A stretch of 64,000 nt of DNA, taken from a virus. Below, one piece after another: positions 10,284 to 19,731 of this stretch; the first letter of the stretch is position 1, and each line of letters starts with the position of its first letter. The position numbers were made by a program, and so were the translations under genes. Location: positions 71,099 to 135,098 of the IMG/VR virus record IMGVR_UViG_3300043436_004687; one strand, written 5' to 3'. The notes beneath the pieces are model-generated. The model did no database searches. It saw only the letters and a list, made by a program, of their open reading frames with translations, and was not told where the DNA came from.

Positions 10284-10579
10284 ATTTTGGGTAAAAGAGT
10301 TAAATAATGTGTACTACCTTTATTGGACACTGTTGTGAAATATTCATTAGATACTAGGGCCACATCTAATTTATTACAAGTTTTTATTTCTACTTCTATA
10401 TCTCTTTCCCTATATTCAATTATCTTCTTTATTAAAGAAAATTTTGACATAATAAATGAAGTTTCATTATCTAAACCTTCCAATTCAATTATCTCACCCT
10501 CACTATTTTTTTCTATTGCATTTATGGTTATTATTCTTTTATTTGTTATTTTTAACCAAAGTTTTAATAAACAATTCAT
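10268..10579 (-). CDS. hypothetical protein
   Basis: 103-aa ORF whose stop codon lies inside the terminator hairpin. Confidence 0.35.
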   Translation of the reverse strand: MNCLLKLWLKITNKRIITINAIEKNSEGEIIELEGLDNETSFIMSKFSLIKKIIEYRERDIEVEIKTCNKLDVALVSNEYFTTVSNKGSTHYLTLLPKIQKSR

Positions 10580-10620
10580 CGAGTTATTTTAAGAATAAAT
10601 ATAACTAAAATATTTTAAAA

Positions 10621-11055
10621 TTATGATTTACATTTACAATTCACACAAGTGCCACATTCACTTTCAGTTAACTTAACAAATATATTTAAATTTATTAAAG
10701 ATTGGTAAACTTCTTTATTCCATTTACCAAAACTACCCTTAATTAATTCATCAAATGTTGTGAATTTAACTACATGTGGTTCTTTTTCAAAATCAAAATT
10801 AATTTCACCAGAATAATCAGCTAAATAAGTGTAACCCATTCTACCACCCTTAGATTTTGCATAAACCAATCTCAAATTATCTATTTTTAAACCAGTTTCT
10901 TCAAATGTTTCTCTAATGGCACCTTCCTCTGGTGAATTATCAAAATCTTCTAAAGACCCACCTGGTAAACCAAAATCATTATGGTCATTTTTTCTTGAAA
11001 CACCTAAAACATAACCCCCTGGGTTAATTAAAACTACTTGTACCGTACCTATCAT
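10621..11055 (-). CDS. NUDIX hydrolase
   Basis: Nudix box GPGGYVLG...EEGAIRETFEETGL (GX5EX7REUXEEXGU). Confidence 0.7.
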   Translation of the reverse strand: MIGTVQVVLINPGGYVLGVSRKNDHNDFGLPGGSLEDFDNSPEEGAIRETFEETGLKIDNLRLVYAKSKGGRMGYTYLADYSGEINFDFEKEPHVVKFTTFDELIKGSFGKWNKEVYQSLINLNIFVKLTESECGTCVNCKCKS

Positions 11056-11104
11056 TTTATCTCATTTATTAATTTACGTTATTTATTACCATATTCATTT
11101 TTTT

Positions 11105-11935
11105 CTAATTTGAATCTAATATAATATGTTTCCAAATTTTACCAAGTTTTATTTTATTTATTGTAGCTGGGTCCACATTGTATTTCTTAGCTAATGAAAC
11201 ACCAGATTCATTATTTTTTAAACGTTTTTTAATCTCAATAACTTTAAAATCGGTTAATTTAGCTAAATGACATTGTTCACCATGATATGAATCCCTACAT
11301 TTTTGTTTAACAATATCGCTAGTCTTTTTACCATAATTATGATTTTTATCACCAATTTGAGCTAAACTAATTTTTAATTTTCTTTCTTCGGTGGCTGGTT
11401 TAGTTTTATAACCAGATTTACCTTTATTCCAAGCTGGATAATTTTTTGCTTTACCTTTACTTGCTTTAGACATTTTTTCTTTAGTTTCAATGGACTTTAA
11501 AACACCTTTAAACCTTTGACTGGTTTTTATTCTACATAATTCAGAAGGAACTTGACCTTTATGAGAATCGCTTAATCTTTGCTTAGTTAAATCTGAGACA
11601 ACATAATTATCCCCACCTGTTGTTAAATTATAACCATCAATAAATGTTTTATGTTCATTTATTAATTCTTTCTCTTTCTCGTTTAAAATTTTAACTATTT
11701 GATGTTTATCTGTTTCATTTTCTATTAAATAAATCACTTCAAATTTAAAAAATTCCTTACCATTTTTTTTATAACTTGCTTGTAAATATTTATTTGTATG
11801 TATTCCTTTATTTAAAGCATATTTATGTTTGGCGATCCTCTCCTTAACATTTATTGATTGACCTATATAACCAGCCATTGTTTTAATATTTGTTATTTTA
11901 TAAATCCCAGCTTTATTCCCTTCTAACTTATTCAT
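11105..11935 (-). CDS. GIY-YIG homing endonuclease with NUMOD-like DNA-binding repeats
   Basis: GIYKITN...YIGQS...R...H catalytic module at the N-terminus. Repeated SDSHKG / SKASKGK / IGDKNHNYGKK motifs lie at the C-terminus. Confidence 0.7.
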   Translation of the reverse strand: MNKLEGNKAGIYKITNIKTMAGYIGQSINVKERIAKHKYALNKGIHTNKYLQASYKKNGKEFFKFEVIYLIENETDKHQIVKILNEKEKELINEHKTFIDGYNLTTGGDNYVVSDLTKQRLSDSHKGQVPSELCRIKTSQRFKGVLKSIETKEKMSKASKGKAKNYPAWNKGKSGYKTKPATEERKLKISLAQIGDKNHNYGKKTSDIVKQKCRDSYHGEQCHLAKLTDFKVIEIKKRLKNNESGVSLAKKYNVDPATINKIKLGKIWKHIILDSN

Positions 11936-11998
11936 AATTTTAATTTATATATAAATATGGAAATTTAATTTAAAAAACGGTACTTTATCAATATTTTA

Positions 11999-12748
11999 TT
12001 ATAATTTATTAATAAGTACAATATTAGTTGCTATATTAGTTCCAGAATTTTTAAAAACACCTTTTTCTATTGGTAATATAGTTGCATTGACTTTGTTCAA
12101 CCAAATTCTAAAATCAACACATTTCTTCTCCATTGAGAACTCCCAATGCGTTGACATTAGAGAAACTAAACGCCCACCCTCACTTAGAACTTCGTACATT
12201 TTAAGTACATGAGAAATATCAGAATTCTTACTGAATGGTGGATTCCCTATTATTTTATTCCAACCAGTTGAATTATTTTTCCCAACGTCAACTAAAAAAT
12301 CTTTTCCAAACATAGATATTGCCGTTGGAATTTTATTTAAGAAGGTCCTATTAACATCCATTAACTCAAAATAATCTACCTCTAATTCTGGGAATTTTCT
12401 ATTTATTGCTTTGATAATGGCACCTTGACCAGCTGATGGTTCCAAAACCCAATCATTTTCTTTTAAATCAGCCAACTCAACCAGATAATCAGCAAGATCA
12501 TCTGGAGTTGCAAAGAACTGAAATTCTTTCTTTAAATTTCTAGATTCACCATTTGCTATTTGTTCTAATAATTCAGTAGGATCTTCATTGAAGACAAACC
12601 CCATAACTTTATTACCTTTCCATTTACCACCGATCAATTCTAATGCCTTGGCAACTTCCTGATAAAGTTTTCTATCTAATTTTACATCTGGTAATTTAAC
12701 CACTAACCCCTCGACAACACATTGCTGTAATATTTCTTCTTTATTCAT
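11999..12748 (-). CDS. DNA N6-adenine (or N4-cytosine) methyltransferase, gamma-type
   Basis: Motif I LEPSAGQGAII and motif IV IGNPPFS. Confidence 0.65.
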   Translation of the reverse strand: MNKEEILQQCVVEGLVVKLPDVKLDRKLYQEVAKALELIGGKWKGNKVMGFVFNEDPTELLEQIANGESRNLKKEFQFFATPDDLADYLVELADLKENDWVLEPSAGQGAIIKAINRKFPELEVDYFELMDVNRTFLNKIPTAISMFGKDFLVDVGKNNSTGWNKIIGNPPFSKNSDISHVLKMYEVLSEGGRLVSLMSTHWEFSMEKKCVDFRIWLNKVNATILPIEKGVFKNSGTNIATNIVLINKL

Positions 12749-12771
12749 TTATTAAATTTTTTTATTTTTCA

Positions 12772-13086
12772 TTATATTATTTTAATTAAATCACCTTCAA
12801 TTAATGAATTATCTTGAAGATTATCGATATGAATCATATTATCTTTTTTAAACACAACTACTTTACCACTTTCTTTATTGGTCGGATTGAACATATCACC
12901 CTTCAATTCTATTACCACACCTGAATTATCATCCAATAATAATGATATGGTTCTTGCAAATATTAATGAACTGTTAAGCCAATCTTTTGATTCATCTTTA
13001 TGAGTTTTATCATTTGGTTTGGTATAATTAACATTAGAACGATTTTCTAATTCATTTTTTAATTTCTTTTCAATCATTTTTCTCAT
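12772..13086 (-). CDS. hypothetical protein
   Basis: 104-aa ORF. Confidence 0.4.
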   Translation of the reverse strand: MRKMIEKKLKNELENRSNVNYTKPNDKTHKDESKDWLNSSLIFARTISLLLDDNSGVVIELKGDMFNPTNKESGKVVVFKKDNMIHIDNLQDNSLIEGDLIKII

Positions 13087-13516
13087 TTATTAAATATTTT
13101 TTAATTTCTTCCCAATTATCAAATTTATTACCAACCCCAAAATGTAACAATTCACCCTCAAATTCAGTTTGCCCATCATTAAGACAATCGTCAATTAGGT
13201 AATCACCCTTAACAAGGCTCTTATCACTACATATTATCAACTTTTGACAGAAATCTAAACCAAAGTACTTCTCAACCCAAATTCGCTTCTCTGTGTAACA
13301 TAATGGATTAATATATGAAGCTCTGGTTAAAATCCAAACATCATAATAATTCATCAACTCTTTAACACTTTCTATGGCATTCTCAATAGGTTCAAGATTA
13401 GCAAAAAAACCCCAATTTGATTGGGGAAATTTATTTGTTTCTTCATTATAATATTTTCTATAAGAACCAATGAAATCGGCTAATGTACCATCAATATCTA
13501 TAAAAAGTCTTTTCAT
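13070..13516 (-). CDS. HAD-superfamily 5'(3')-deoxyribonucleotidase-like (NT5C family)
   Basis: FIDIDGTLADF (DxDGT) N-terminal motif and C-terminal GDYLIDDC block. Confidence 0.55.
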   Translation of the reverse strand: MKRLFIDIDGTLADFIGSYRKYYNEETNKFPQSNWGFFANLEPIENAIESVKELMNYYDVWILTRASYINPLCYTEKRIWVEKYFGLDFCQKLIICSDKSLVKGDYLIDDCLNDGQTEFEGELLHFGVGNKFDNWEEIKKYLINEKND

Positions 13517-14104
13517 TTAATTAAACCATTTTAACTCAGTACTGCCTTTATAACCATTTTCCCATATATACCAACAATATGCTACAGCTGAACTATCGGT
13601 AAAATTACCATCTTTTGAACATAATAACCTAGAACTAGATACATATACGGTTTTAGGTGGGTATTTTAAAAATAATTTCTTTCTACCTTTACCCTCTAAA
13701 AACTGCAATTTTAAAAACATAACAACTTTACTACCAATTGGTACCGAATTTATTGATTTTTCAACCCATTCAGCGGCCATATTATAAGGTGGGTTAGTAA
13801 TAATAGAACCATTAAATTTTAAATCCGTTTTTAAAAAATCTATAATTTCCATATTATCATGTCTCTTTATTAAATCAGAGCATTTTACATTATAACCAGC
13901 ATCAATTAAAACATTGGCGATATGATTTTCACCGCATGCATTTTCCCAAATATTATTTTCAAAAGTTTCTAATTCCAGTAGCAGTTAAACTGCTACTGGG
14001 TTTGTTCGATAAAAATCATTATCTTCTCTATCATTATCTGTATGAGAACTAGCTCCAAGTGTTTTAAATACACTATTTTTATCTCCAACCCAATCTTTAC
14101 CCAT
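13517..14104 (-). pseudogene. disrupted N6-adenine DNA methyltransferase with an in-frame TAA inside an inserted GC-rich palindrome
   Basis: Hand translation from ATG 14102-14104 gives MGKDWVGDKNSVFKTLGASSHTDNDREDNDFYRTNPVAV*, with motif X DFYRTNP. The same frame continues LLLELETFENNIWENACGENHIANVL... into the listed ORF 13517..13852, which carries NPPYNM motif IV. Confidence 0.55.
13975..13999. repeat. GC-rich perfect palindrome ccagtagcag-ttaaa-ctgctactgg
   Basis: 10-bp perfect arms, unusually GC-rich for this genome. The stop codon that breaks the MTase reading frame lies in the loop. Confidence 0.7.
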
Positions 14105-14111
14105 ATTTTAC

Positions 14112-15014
14112 TTAATTAGTTATTTCGGTTGCAACACCATTTAATTTTATTTCTTTATCTAATTTAACCCAATTAGTTATTTTATTACTATCAAATGGTT
14201 TCCCACCCTCTTTTCTATTTACTGCTAATGTTATATGTGGTATTTTATTTTCAACTGGGAACCCATTTACCATTACAGCAATAGCTAAATCTGAAGTGCC
14301 AAAATGTGTTGCATTTAATTCAACATTACCACCCAACCTTTCTTTTAAATCTTCTGGAAACCCCTTACCAAAAGCAACAGTTAAATGATGCGCAATAACT
14401 TCCCAACCTTCAGGTATATTATCACCTAATTTAATTAAAAGATTGCTTCTAGATGGGTTATCTAAAACTATCGCAGAATACAATATCTTTTTTTGTTTTT
14501 CGCCAGCGGTTTCCACAATTCTTTTAACTGTTAATTCACCACTATTTTTATAAGTTTTAAACATTTTTATAATAGTATCTAAATCAACACCATGAGTATT
14601 TCTATCAGCTAATTCATGTAGAGTTTTACCACCAGTCCCAATGTCAATAATTTTTATATTATCTTCATTAAATCCCATATTTAAAGCAGCTTCTATATAT
14701 GGTCTAGCATCACCAATTTTTATATTGGTGATGTCGATTATTATTGGGCTTACACCTTGTTTCATTGAAGTGATAGCATTATTTAAATTGATTGAATGCA
14801 TTTTCCCATGATTGGACCAATCATTAGTTTCTTTCATCAATCTAAAATGTTTAGCATAATCACCACGTTCTGAAATAACGTCATCTGTTGAGTGAATAAT
14901 CCCCTCACCAACTAATTGTTTAGCTTGTGTTGATTTAGATGAACCTGGGAGACCACGCATTATGATAAGTTTTTGATCAGGTTTTGTAATTTCTATATTA
15001 AGTATGTTTTTCAT
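14112..15014 (-). CDS. polynucleotide 5'-kinase (T4 Pnk-like P-loop) fused to a 2H cyclic phosphodiesterase domain (RNA end-healing enzyme)
   Basis: N-terminal Walker A GLPGSSKST, as in T4 Pnk GxPGSGKST. The C-terminal half has two HxTx motifs (IAHHLTVAF and IPHITLAV). Confidence 0.6.
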   Translation of the reverse strand: MKNILNIEITKPDQKLIIMRGLPGSSKSTQAKQLVGEGIIHSTDDVISERGDYAKHFRLMKETNDWSNHGKMHSINLNNAITSMKQGVSPIIIDITNIKIGDARPYIEAALNMGFNEDNIKIIDIGTGGKTLHELADRNTHGVDLDTIIKMFKTYKNSGELTVKRIVETAGEKQKKILYSAIVLDNPSRSNLLIKLGDNIPEGWEVIAHHLTVAFGKGFPEDLKERLGGNVELNATHFGTSDLAIAVMVNGFPVENKIPHITLAVNRKEGGKPFDSNKITNWVKLDKEIKLNGVATEITN

Positions 15015-15016
15015 AT

Positions 15017-15027
15017 TGCAAATATAA
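15017..15027 (-). promoter_or_regulatory. TATATTTGCAA promoter element (Bacteroidetes -7 TAnnTTTG type), immediately upstream of the start at 15014
   Basis: The same motif recurs upstream of more than 12 minus-strand genes at about 905, 4430, 10221, 18636, 20837, 29432, 32264, 36133, 45459, 48781, 51798 and 54400. Confidence 0.5.
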
Positions 15028-15032
15028 TATTT

Positions 15033-15251
15033 TTATTTTAAACTTTTAAATATTTTAGTTAAATAATTAATTTCTTTTTCAACTAAATCCATCACTTCAT
15101 TTGGACTTTCGGCACTAATTAATTTTTTACTAAACCCAATATTAGCATCATAAATAGTTTGTAAACTACAATGAAAACCACAATTTTTATCATATTGTAT
15201 TACGGCTATTGGTATATGAATAGTTTTTCCTAATTTTTCATAACCATCCAA
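15033..15251 (-). CDS. hypothetical protein
   Basis: 72-aa ORF. Confidence 0.3.
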   Translation of the reverse strand: MDGYEKLGKTIHIPIAVIQYDKNCGFHCSLQTIYDANIGFSKKLISAESPNEVMDLVEKEINYLTKIFKSLK

Positions 15252-15348
15252 TAATTTAGTTTTAACTTCAATCTTACCTGTTCTTAAAATGACAATTAAA
15301 TGTCATTAAATATTAATAACATCAGTTATTAACGAATCTAACGTAAAG

Positions 15349-16506
15349 TTAGATTGCTCGAACCGAGCAATTTTTTAATTTAGTTAAATTTACCCCAATT
15401 GGTTTAAATTCATCAAAATATATTTTTCTTATATTAATAGCACCATTTATATCTCTATCAATATTTAATTCACAATAAGTACAGTTATATTCCCTATCAG
15501 TTACCTTCAATTCATATTTAACTCTACCACAACAACTACATGTTTTACTTGTGTATTCTTCATCAACTATTTTTACTTCTTTACCATATTTTGTAGCCTT
15601 ATAATTTAATAAATTAACAAATGTTGTTATACTAGATTTAGTATAACTTTTTGATATATTATTTTGCTTTTTACTACCATCTTTCTTAATTAAATTACTT
15701 ACTTCTAATTTACCTATAACTAATATATCTTCATTTAAATTTTTAATATATTTTATTGACTCTTTATGTAAATAATCATTACAACTATTTTTTAATTTAG
15801 TGTAGGCTTTATTTAATTGTTTTTTAGTTTTATTTCTGTTTTTAGAACCCTTCTTTTTCTTACTTAAACTAATATTTAGTTTATTTATTCTATTATTATA
15901 ACTATTAATTAAATTAACACTAAATCGTTTTATTTTAACACCGTTGCTGTCAGTTAAAAGTGTTTTTAAACCTAAATCACAACCTATAACATTAGTATTT
16001 TTATTTTCTTTTACTCCAATTTCATAATCACAAATAAATGTTAAATAATAACTATTATTTTCTCTAATTAATTTAACCGTTTTATATTTAGTAGGAAATA
16101 GTTCTGTTCCTTTAAACCCTTTTTTTAATTTAGGCAAATAAACTAAATTATTTTTAACTCTAACATCAGTCTCAACAAATTCTATACTATTAAAATTATC
16201 TTTGCCTTTAAATTTAGGAAACCCCTCACCTCTAAAGAAATTATTAAATGATTTATCTACTCTAAATATTATTTCAGATAATGATTTGTTAGGCACATCT
16301 TTCCAAGATGTATCATAATTTTTAATATCAACTAATTCTTTCTTTTGTTCAAATTTATTTAAATATTTACCAGTTGCTTGATAATACCATATTTTTTCTT
16401 GTAAAGCTACATTATAAAGATAATTACATTTTCTTAACCAAAAATCAAATTTTTCTTTATCTGTTTTAGTTATAATTAATTTAATTTTCTTTACTAGATT
16501 CATCAA
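15349..16506 (-). CDS. tnpB: TnpB (OrfB) RNA-guided nuclease family protein with an intact zinc finger
   Basis: RuvC-I GCDLGLK, RuvC-II DEEYTSKTC, zinc finger CSCCG...CTYC, RuvC-III DRDINGAINI. Confidence 0.8.
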   Translation of the reverse strand: MMNLVKKIKLIITKTDKEKFDFWLRKCNYLYNVALQEKIWYYQATGKYLNKFEQKKELVDIKNYDTSWKDVPNKSLSEIIFRVDKSFNNFFRGEGFPKFKGKDNFNSIEFVETDVRVKNNLVYLPKLKKGFKGTELFPTKYKTVKLIRENNSYYLTFICDYEIGVKENKNTNVIGCDLGLKTLLTDSNGVKIKRFSVNLINSYNNRINKLNISLSKKKKGSKNRNKTKKQLNKAYTKLKNSCNDYLHKESIKYIKNLNEDILVIGKLEVSNLIKKDGSKKQNNISKSYTKSSITTFVNLLNYKATKYGKEVKIVDEEYTSKTCSCCGRVKYELKVTDREYNCTYCELNIDRDINGAINIRKIYFDEFKPIGVNLTKLKNCSVRAI

Positions 16507-17101
16507 TTATATTTTTTAATTTTTCTTTATTTTTATAGCTTCTTAAACCATAAAGTCTTGACGAAAATACGTGTATAATTGACATAAGGTCATTTATCAT
16601 TTCTTCTTGTGGTGATAATTTTTCTTCATCGATTATAATTAATTCTACATTATTTTCTTTACATAAATTTTCAATTAATTCAAATCCAAATCTAACTAAT
16701 CTATCTTTATGAGCAATTATTAATTTATTTATTTTTTGTGTTGTAATTTCATTTATTAATTTTAAAAAGTATTTTCGTTTATAATTTAGTCCAGAACCAA
16801 TATCTGAATATAGTTCTGATATATTGATTTGGTTTATTGTACAATAGTTTTCAACAAATTCTATTTGTGTTTTCAAATCATTTTTTTGTGAATGTGATGA
16901 AACTCTACAATAGCATATTGTTTTTAATTCAATTAGTTCGTTTAATGGTTTATTAATATAATTTAGATATTGTTTATGCGAATATATTTTTCTCCCTTTA
17001 GGTGTAGTTATATCAGGTTTAAGAATATTTAAATTATCCCATCTTTGTATTGTTCTAATGTGAACATTTAATAGTTTAGCAAATTTACCACTTGAATACA
17101 T
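16481..17101 (-). CDS. tnpA: IS607-type TnpA serine recombinase with an N-terminal MerR-like HTH
   Basis: HTH FAKLLNVHIRTIQRWD followed by the catalytic YCRVSSHSQKNDL. It overlaps tnpB by 26 nt. Confidence 0.75.
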   Translation of the reverse strand: MYSSGKFAKLLNVHIRTIQRWDNLNILKPDITTPKGRKIYSHKQYLNYINKPLNELIELKTICYCRVSSHSQKNDLKTQIEFVENYCTINQINISELYSDIGSGLNYKRKYFLKLINEITTQKINKLIIAHKDRLVRFGFELIENLCKENNVELIIIDEEKLSPQEEMINDLMSIIHVFSSRLYGLRSYKNKEKLKNIIDESSKEN

Positions 17102-17316
17102 ATATTGTTACTTGTTTATTATAAATATAAGGTAAAATAATAAAAGTTAAATAAAATGTAATTAATTTGTTATTTATTTTTACTTTTAGTTATGTTTTAA
17201 CTAATAGTTAACTACCTCTTAATTGCCATCTACCAAATTTATCTGGTTTTATATTAATATTATCAATTGAATTGACTTCATTACATTTTTCTATGTAATG
17301 ATAATACCATTTTATT

Positions 17317-17550
17317 TTATTCATCTTTTTTAAATGTGTTAGTAAATAAAAATGAATTTACCACCAAAAGAAATATTGTCCCTAACATCACCACAATTAA
17401 TTTCAATAATATTATAAATGGTAATAAAATTGAAGATAGAAACGTAAATTTATAATTAACTATTGTTTCATAAAAACCCCATTTAAGGGCTATAAAAACC
17501 CCAATAACATATATAAAATATAGTAAATATTCTGCTATAATTTTTCTCAT
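17317..17550 (-). CDS. hypothetical membrane protein
   Basis: 77 aa with two hydrophobic helices. Confidence 0.35.
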   Translation of the reverse strand: MRKIIAEYLLYFIYVIGVFIALKWGFYETIVNYKFTFLSSILLPFIILLKLIVVMLGTIFLLVVNSFLFTNTFKKDE

Positions 17551-18299
17551 TTAATTTTATTTTCTCTTATTATTTCTTTCATTCTTCTAGCACAAGCCAA
17601 TACATAATCCTTAGAATTAAATCCATAGCTACCTATCGCCCACATGTCATTAACTTCAACTAAATATGTTTTACCATCATTTGAAACACCAACATCTAAA
17701 GTATATGCAGACGGACAATCATTATAACTTGCTATCATCCTAGCAATTCTATTAACATCTGGAAAAACAGTAAAATCACCCAAATAATATTGAATACCTT
17801 TTAATTCACCACTCAACACGAAACATCTAAATTCAGAAACAAATTCCATCACTTCTGATTTAAAAACTTTAGTATCTGCTTTACATTTATCAAAAGTTTC
17901 AAGATAACCTAAGTGAGTTTTACTTTCAATTACACCACCAGTAAACAATTTAACTTGACCCGATGGTTTAACAAAATAAGGAAAATTATTATCTAATTCA
18001 CCAAAAGTAGTTTCAACTATATCTCTACCCAAATATTTTTTAAGAGATTTGGGGTATGATAATGATTTTGGTATTGATATATTATTGATTCTAAAATACG
18101 CTTCTGTTGCTTGAACAGAACCTATTATTAAATCTTCATCAACGTTAAATGATTTATTAAGTAGTGTATTTTCCATATCACTACCATCAAATGGGATTAC
18201 TTTATACCCACGTTCTATTAAAGCTTGTTTGGAAATGTAAACAAAATCATCCAACCACTCATCACCAGCTTTTTCTAAATATGCGTTAGGTTTTGCCAT
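17547..18299 (-). CDS. putative ATP-grasp fold enzyme
   Basis: FVKPSG, EFRCFVLSGEL and YLVEVNDMWAIGSY blocks resemble ATP-grasp motifs. Confidence 0.35.
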   Translation of the reverse strand: MAKPNAYLEKAGDEWLDDFVYISKQALIERGYKVIPFDGSDMENTLLNKSFNVDEDLIIGSVQATEAYFRINNISIPKSLSYPKSLKKYLGRDIVETTFGELDNNFPYFVKPSGQVKLFTGGVIESKTHLGYLETFDKCKADTKVFKSEVMEFVSEFRCFVLSGELKGIQYYLGDFTVFPDVNRIARMIASYNDCPSAYTLDVGVSNDGKTYLVEVNDMWAIGSYGFNSKDYVLACARRMKEIIRENKIK

Positions 18300-18646
18300 T
18301 ACATATCGAGAATAAAATTGCTATTTATTTCAAAGTTCTTATCTGTTAAAATCATTGCTTTAGATTCCACACCACCAATGACACTAGGTTCAAGATTAAA
18401 TAAAAATGGGAATATTTTACCTAAGAAATATTCTGGTTCATGTTTTTCTCCTAAGTTAGTAACCACATTAATCTCAGGAAATTCATTTTTAAATGATACA
18501 TTTAATAACAACAATTTATCTTTTTTAGGTATTCTAGAAGCTGAAGTTATTAAACCTAGTCTAATATCTAATTTTTTTTCTATTTCCAAGAATTCGGAAA
18601 ATGAAATTAATTCTTTTGTTTGCATATATTCTATATTTTTATGCAA
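18299..18646 (-). CDS. hypothetical protein
   Basis: 115-aa ORF. The promoter motif at 18636-18646 suggests the true start may be an internal Met. Confidence 0.35.
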   Translation of the reverse strand: MHKNIEYMQTKELISFSEFLEIEKKLDIRLGLITSASRIPKKDKLLLLNVSFKNEFPEINVVTNLGEKHEPEYFLGKIFPFLFNLEPSVIGGVESKAMILTDKNFEINSNFILDM

Positions 18647-18676
18647 ATATAAGATAAGTTTTTTAATTAAACAAAT

Positions 18677-19507
18677 TTATTTGAATTTTTCTAAATTAGA
18701 ATGATAATATTGTGAAGCTCTCCTAATTAAATTCTTTTGGACTTTATCGGTCATACTTTCCCAACCAAGAAAATTACCTTTGAAGTCATTTATATAGTCA
18801 TTTAAAGAAACGAATTTATTATCTTTCCTAGTATCAGTAAAATTATGAATGCTTGTTTTAGCCATTGCTTGGGTAAACCTAGTATTTATTTCGTGTTGTA
18901 ATTTTAAATATTTTTTATAATATTCTTGTTTGTCAAGATGTTTCACTTCATCACCATTTAACAAGCCACTTAACCCCGTTGGTGTAGTTTGTTTTATATA
19001 ATTTTTAGTACTCTTGGATGAATTAAATTTACCATCACTCCTATAAAAATCATAAGCATGTTGTAATTCATGAATTAAAGTAGAAAATAAATTATCTGAA
19101 TAAATTCCAAAATAAATGTCTTTAATATACTCATTTTTATCTTTATTTTTAATAAAATCCTCATTATTTTCAATAAAATGTTCCCAAAATAAATTTTCAT
19201 CCTCACGTAAATTTATTTCCCCAGACAATTTATTTTGATAACCCCCGAAATTACCTTTGACCTTTAAATTCTTATCAAATCTTAAAAATAAAGTAAAATC
19301 AGAAACAAATTTATTCAAATTTAAATATTCGAATTTTAAACCCTTAAAAACATTGAAAGAAACATTTGTAGGTTGACTTTGTAAATAATAGCATTTGTCA
19401 ATGAATTGTGAAATGTAATTTTTTAAACAATTATTTGCTAATTTTTCTAACTCTTGTTGAGTTGCATAATCTTCTTTTAATAGAATGTTTTTAACTTTAA
19501 TTTTCAT
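18677..19507 (-). CDS. putative zinc metallopeptidase-like protein (HExxH)
   Basis: LIHELQHAYDFY HExxH motif. Confidence 0.35.
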   Translation of the reverse strand: MKIKVKNILLKEDYATQQELEKLANNCLKNYISQFIDKCYYLQSQPTNVSFNVFKGLKFEYLNLNKFVSDFTLFLRFDKNLKVKGNFGGYQNKLSGEINLREDENLFWEHFIENNEDFIKNKDKNEYIKDIYFGIYSDNLFSTLIHELQHAYDFYRSDGKFNSSKSTKNYIKQTTPTGLSGLLNGDEVKHLDKQEYYKKYLKLQHEINTRFTQAMAKTSIHNFTDTRKDNKFVSLNDYINDFKGNFLGWESMTDKVQKNLIRRASQYYHSNLEKFK

Positions 19508-19518
19508 AATAATAAATA

Positions 19519-19552
19519 TCTTAAAATAAGAAAACCTACTACCAATTGATAA
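19519..19552 (-). terminator. candidate terminator or processing hairpin downstream of the tRNA cluster (aaccta...taggtt)
   Basis: 6-bp stem followed on the minus strand by TCTTATTTT. Confidence 0.3.
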
Positions 19553-19639
19553 TAGGTTTAACTGTCTAGGTAACTGTACACATTCCTAGCAAGACTACCA
19601 ATTTGAAAATAAATTCAGGGAATGGCAACATAATGATGA

Positions 19640-19721
19640 AGAGAGAGGTGGTCGTGACCCACATTCAGTTTCCCGAACCAACAACTTAGCAGGTTGTGCC
19701 TACCCTGGTAGATTCACTCTC
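19640..19721 (-). tRNA. tRNA-Ser (anticodon GCT), class II with long variable arm and an atypical T-loop
   Basis: Manual fold of the minus-strand sequence. Acceptor GAGAGTG/CTCTCTC has one mismatch. Anticodon stem ACAAC/GTTGT with loop CTGCTAA. The variable arm TTCGGGAAACTGAA is shared with the Ser-TGA gene. The T-loop GTCACGA is non-canonical. Confidence 0.45.
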
Positions 19722-19731
19722 CATTTATTTG

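Larger units (their letters stand above)
15300..17150 (-). mobile_element. IS607-family insertion sequence (tnpA serine recombinase + tnpB); boundaries approximate
   Basis: Overlapping tnpA/tnpB pair typical of IS607. Hairpins (ttgctcg-aac-cgagcaa) lie immediately 3' of tnpB, where the omega-RNA/right end is expected. Confidence 0.6.

Noticed and set aside
2347-10592. Plus-strand ORFs in the track (2347..2574, 5680..5898, 6053..6262, 6722..6949, 7340..7618, 9042..9230, 10323..10592)
   Set aside because: Each lies antisense inside or across a longer, motif-bearing minus-strand gene. They are low-complexity, Phe/Leu/Ser-rich translations typical of AT-rich antisense frames, so they are spurious.
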